Positions 5,952-6,118 of a stretch of 6,118 nucleotides of DNA are shown one piece after another. The position numbers and the translations under genes are program-made. The stretch lies in IMG/VR virus record IMGVR_UViG_3300029728_000081, positions 1-6,118 of that record; one strand, 5' to 3'. Each line of letters opens with the position of its first letter. Within the stretch, counting starts at the first letter, position 1. This stretch comes from a virus. The notes under the pieces were generated by a model. It worked only from the letters and a program-made list of their open reading frames with translations, was not told the DNA's origin and searched no databases.

Positions 5952-6118
5952 ATGTGTCTATATCCTCAATATTTCAAAAATCCAAAGTATTTACCTAATA
6001 AGAAAAATAAAGGAAAACCTCCTATCTGTAAGGATAGGAGGCTCCTTTACATACCTGCGAAATGTGGAAATTGTATTGAATGTCGAAAAGAAAAACAAAG
6101 AGAATGGAGAGTAAGATT
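5952..6118 (+). CDS. Replication initiator VP4, 5' portion (truncated by the window end; continues as 1..1048 through the circular junction)
   Basis: ATG at 5952, 1 nt after the VP2 stop. The frame is continuous into the terminal repeat. MCLYPQYFKNPKY...IPAKCGNCIECRKEKQREW is the typical Microviridae VP4 N-terminus. Confidence 0.85.
   Translation, partial: MCLYPQYFKNPKYLPNKKNKGKPPICKDRRLLYIPAKCGNCIECRKEKQREWRVR
6029..6118. repeat. Terminal redundancy: exact 90-nt copy of 1..90, marking a circular genome of about 6,028 nt
   Basis: 1..90 and 6029..6118 are identical by direct comparison. An ORF (rep) runs through the junction in frame. Confidence 0.95.

Overview
The window is a complete circular Microviridae (ssDNA phage) genome of about 6,028 nt, given in linear form with a 90-nt terminal redundancy: 1..90 is identical to 6029..6118. 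All credible genes are on the + strand, as expected for a microvirus. Three core genes are recognisable from motifs I can read directly. The first is the rolling-circle replication initiator VP4, which spans the circular junction as 5952..6028 joined to 1..1048. It carries an FTTLTI motif, an HLH (HUH) motif, a YxxKY catalytic-tyrosine motif and an N-terminal CxxCxxC. The second is the major capsid protein VP1 (2315..4339, 674 aa), with the family-typical N-terminal NRS.HDLS ... LPGDTF signature. The third is the minor capsid/DNA-pilot protein VP2 (4835..5950), with a Gly-rich N-terminus, an N..M..LQNKYQ..AGLN motif and a Q/A/E-rich coiled coil. Between them are five small ORFs I cannot assign by homology; by position the 111-aa ORF between VP1 and VP2 could be a VP3-like scaffolding protein. 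The other four form an accessory block between rep and VP1 and include a 72-aa protein with a single transmembrane helix. Several features point to an Alpavirinae-like microvirus of a Bacteroidota host: the large VP1, the roughly 6 kb genome, AT-rich A/T-only sequence upstream of every start codon with no Shine-Dalgarno, and a candidate Bacteroides-type TAnnTTTG -7 box. That assignment is inference only. The noncoding regions hold several clean hairpins. One is a GC-rich island just downstream of rep (a candidate origin or regulatory region) and another is a convincing intrinsic terminator after the 111-aa ORF. Any novelty most plausibly lies in the small-ORF block, which contains a candidate single-gene lysis or membrane protein and a small acidic protein. 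The overprinted basic ORF within rep is another candidate. I cannot confirm any of this without searches.
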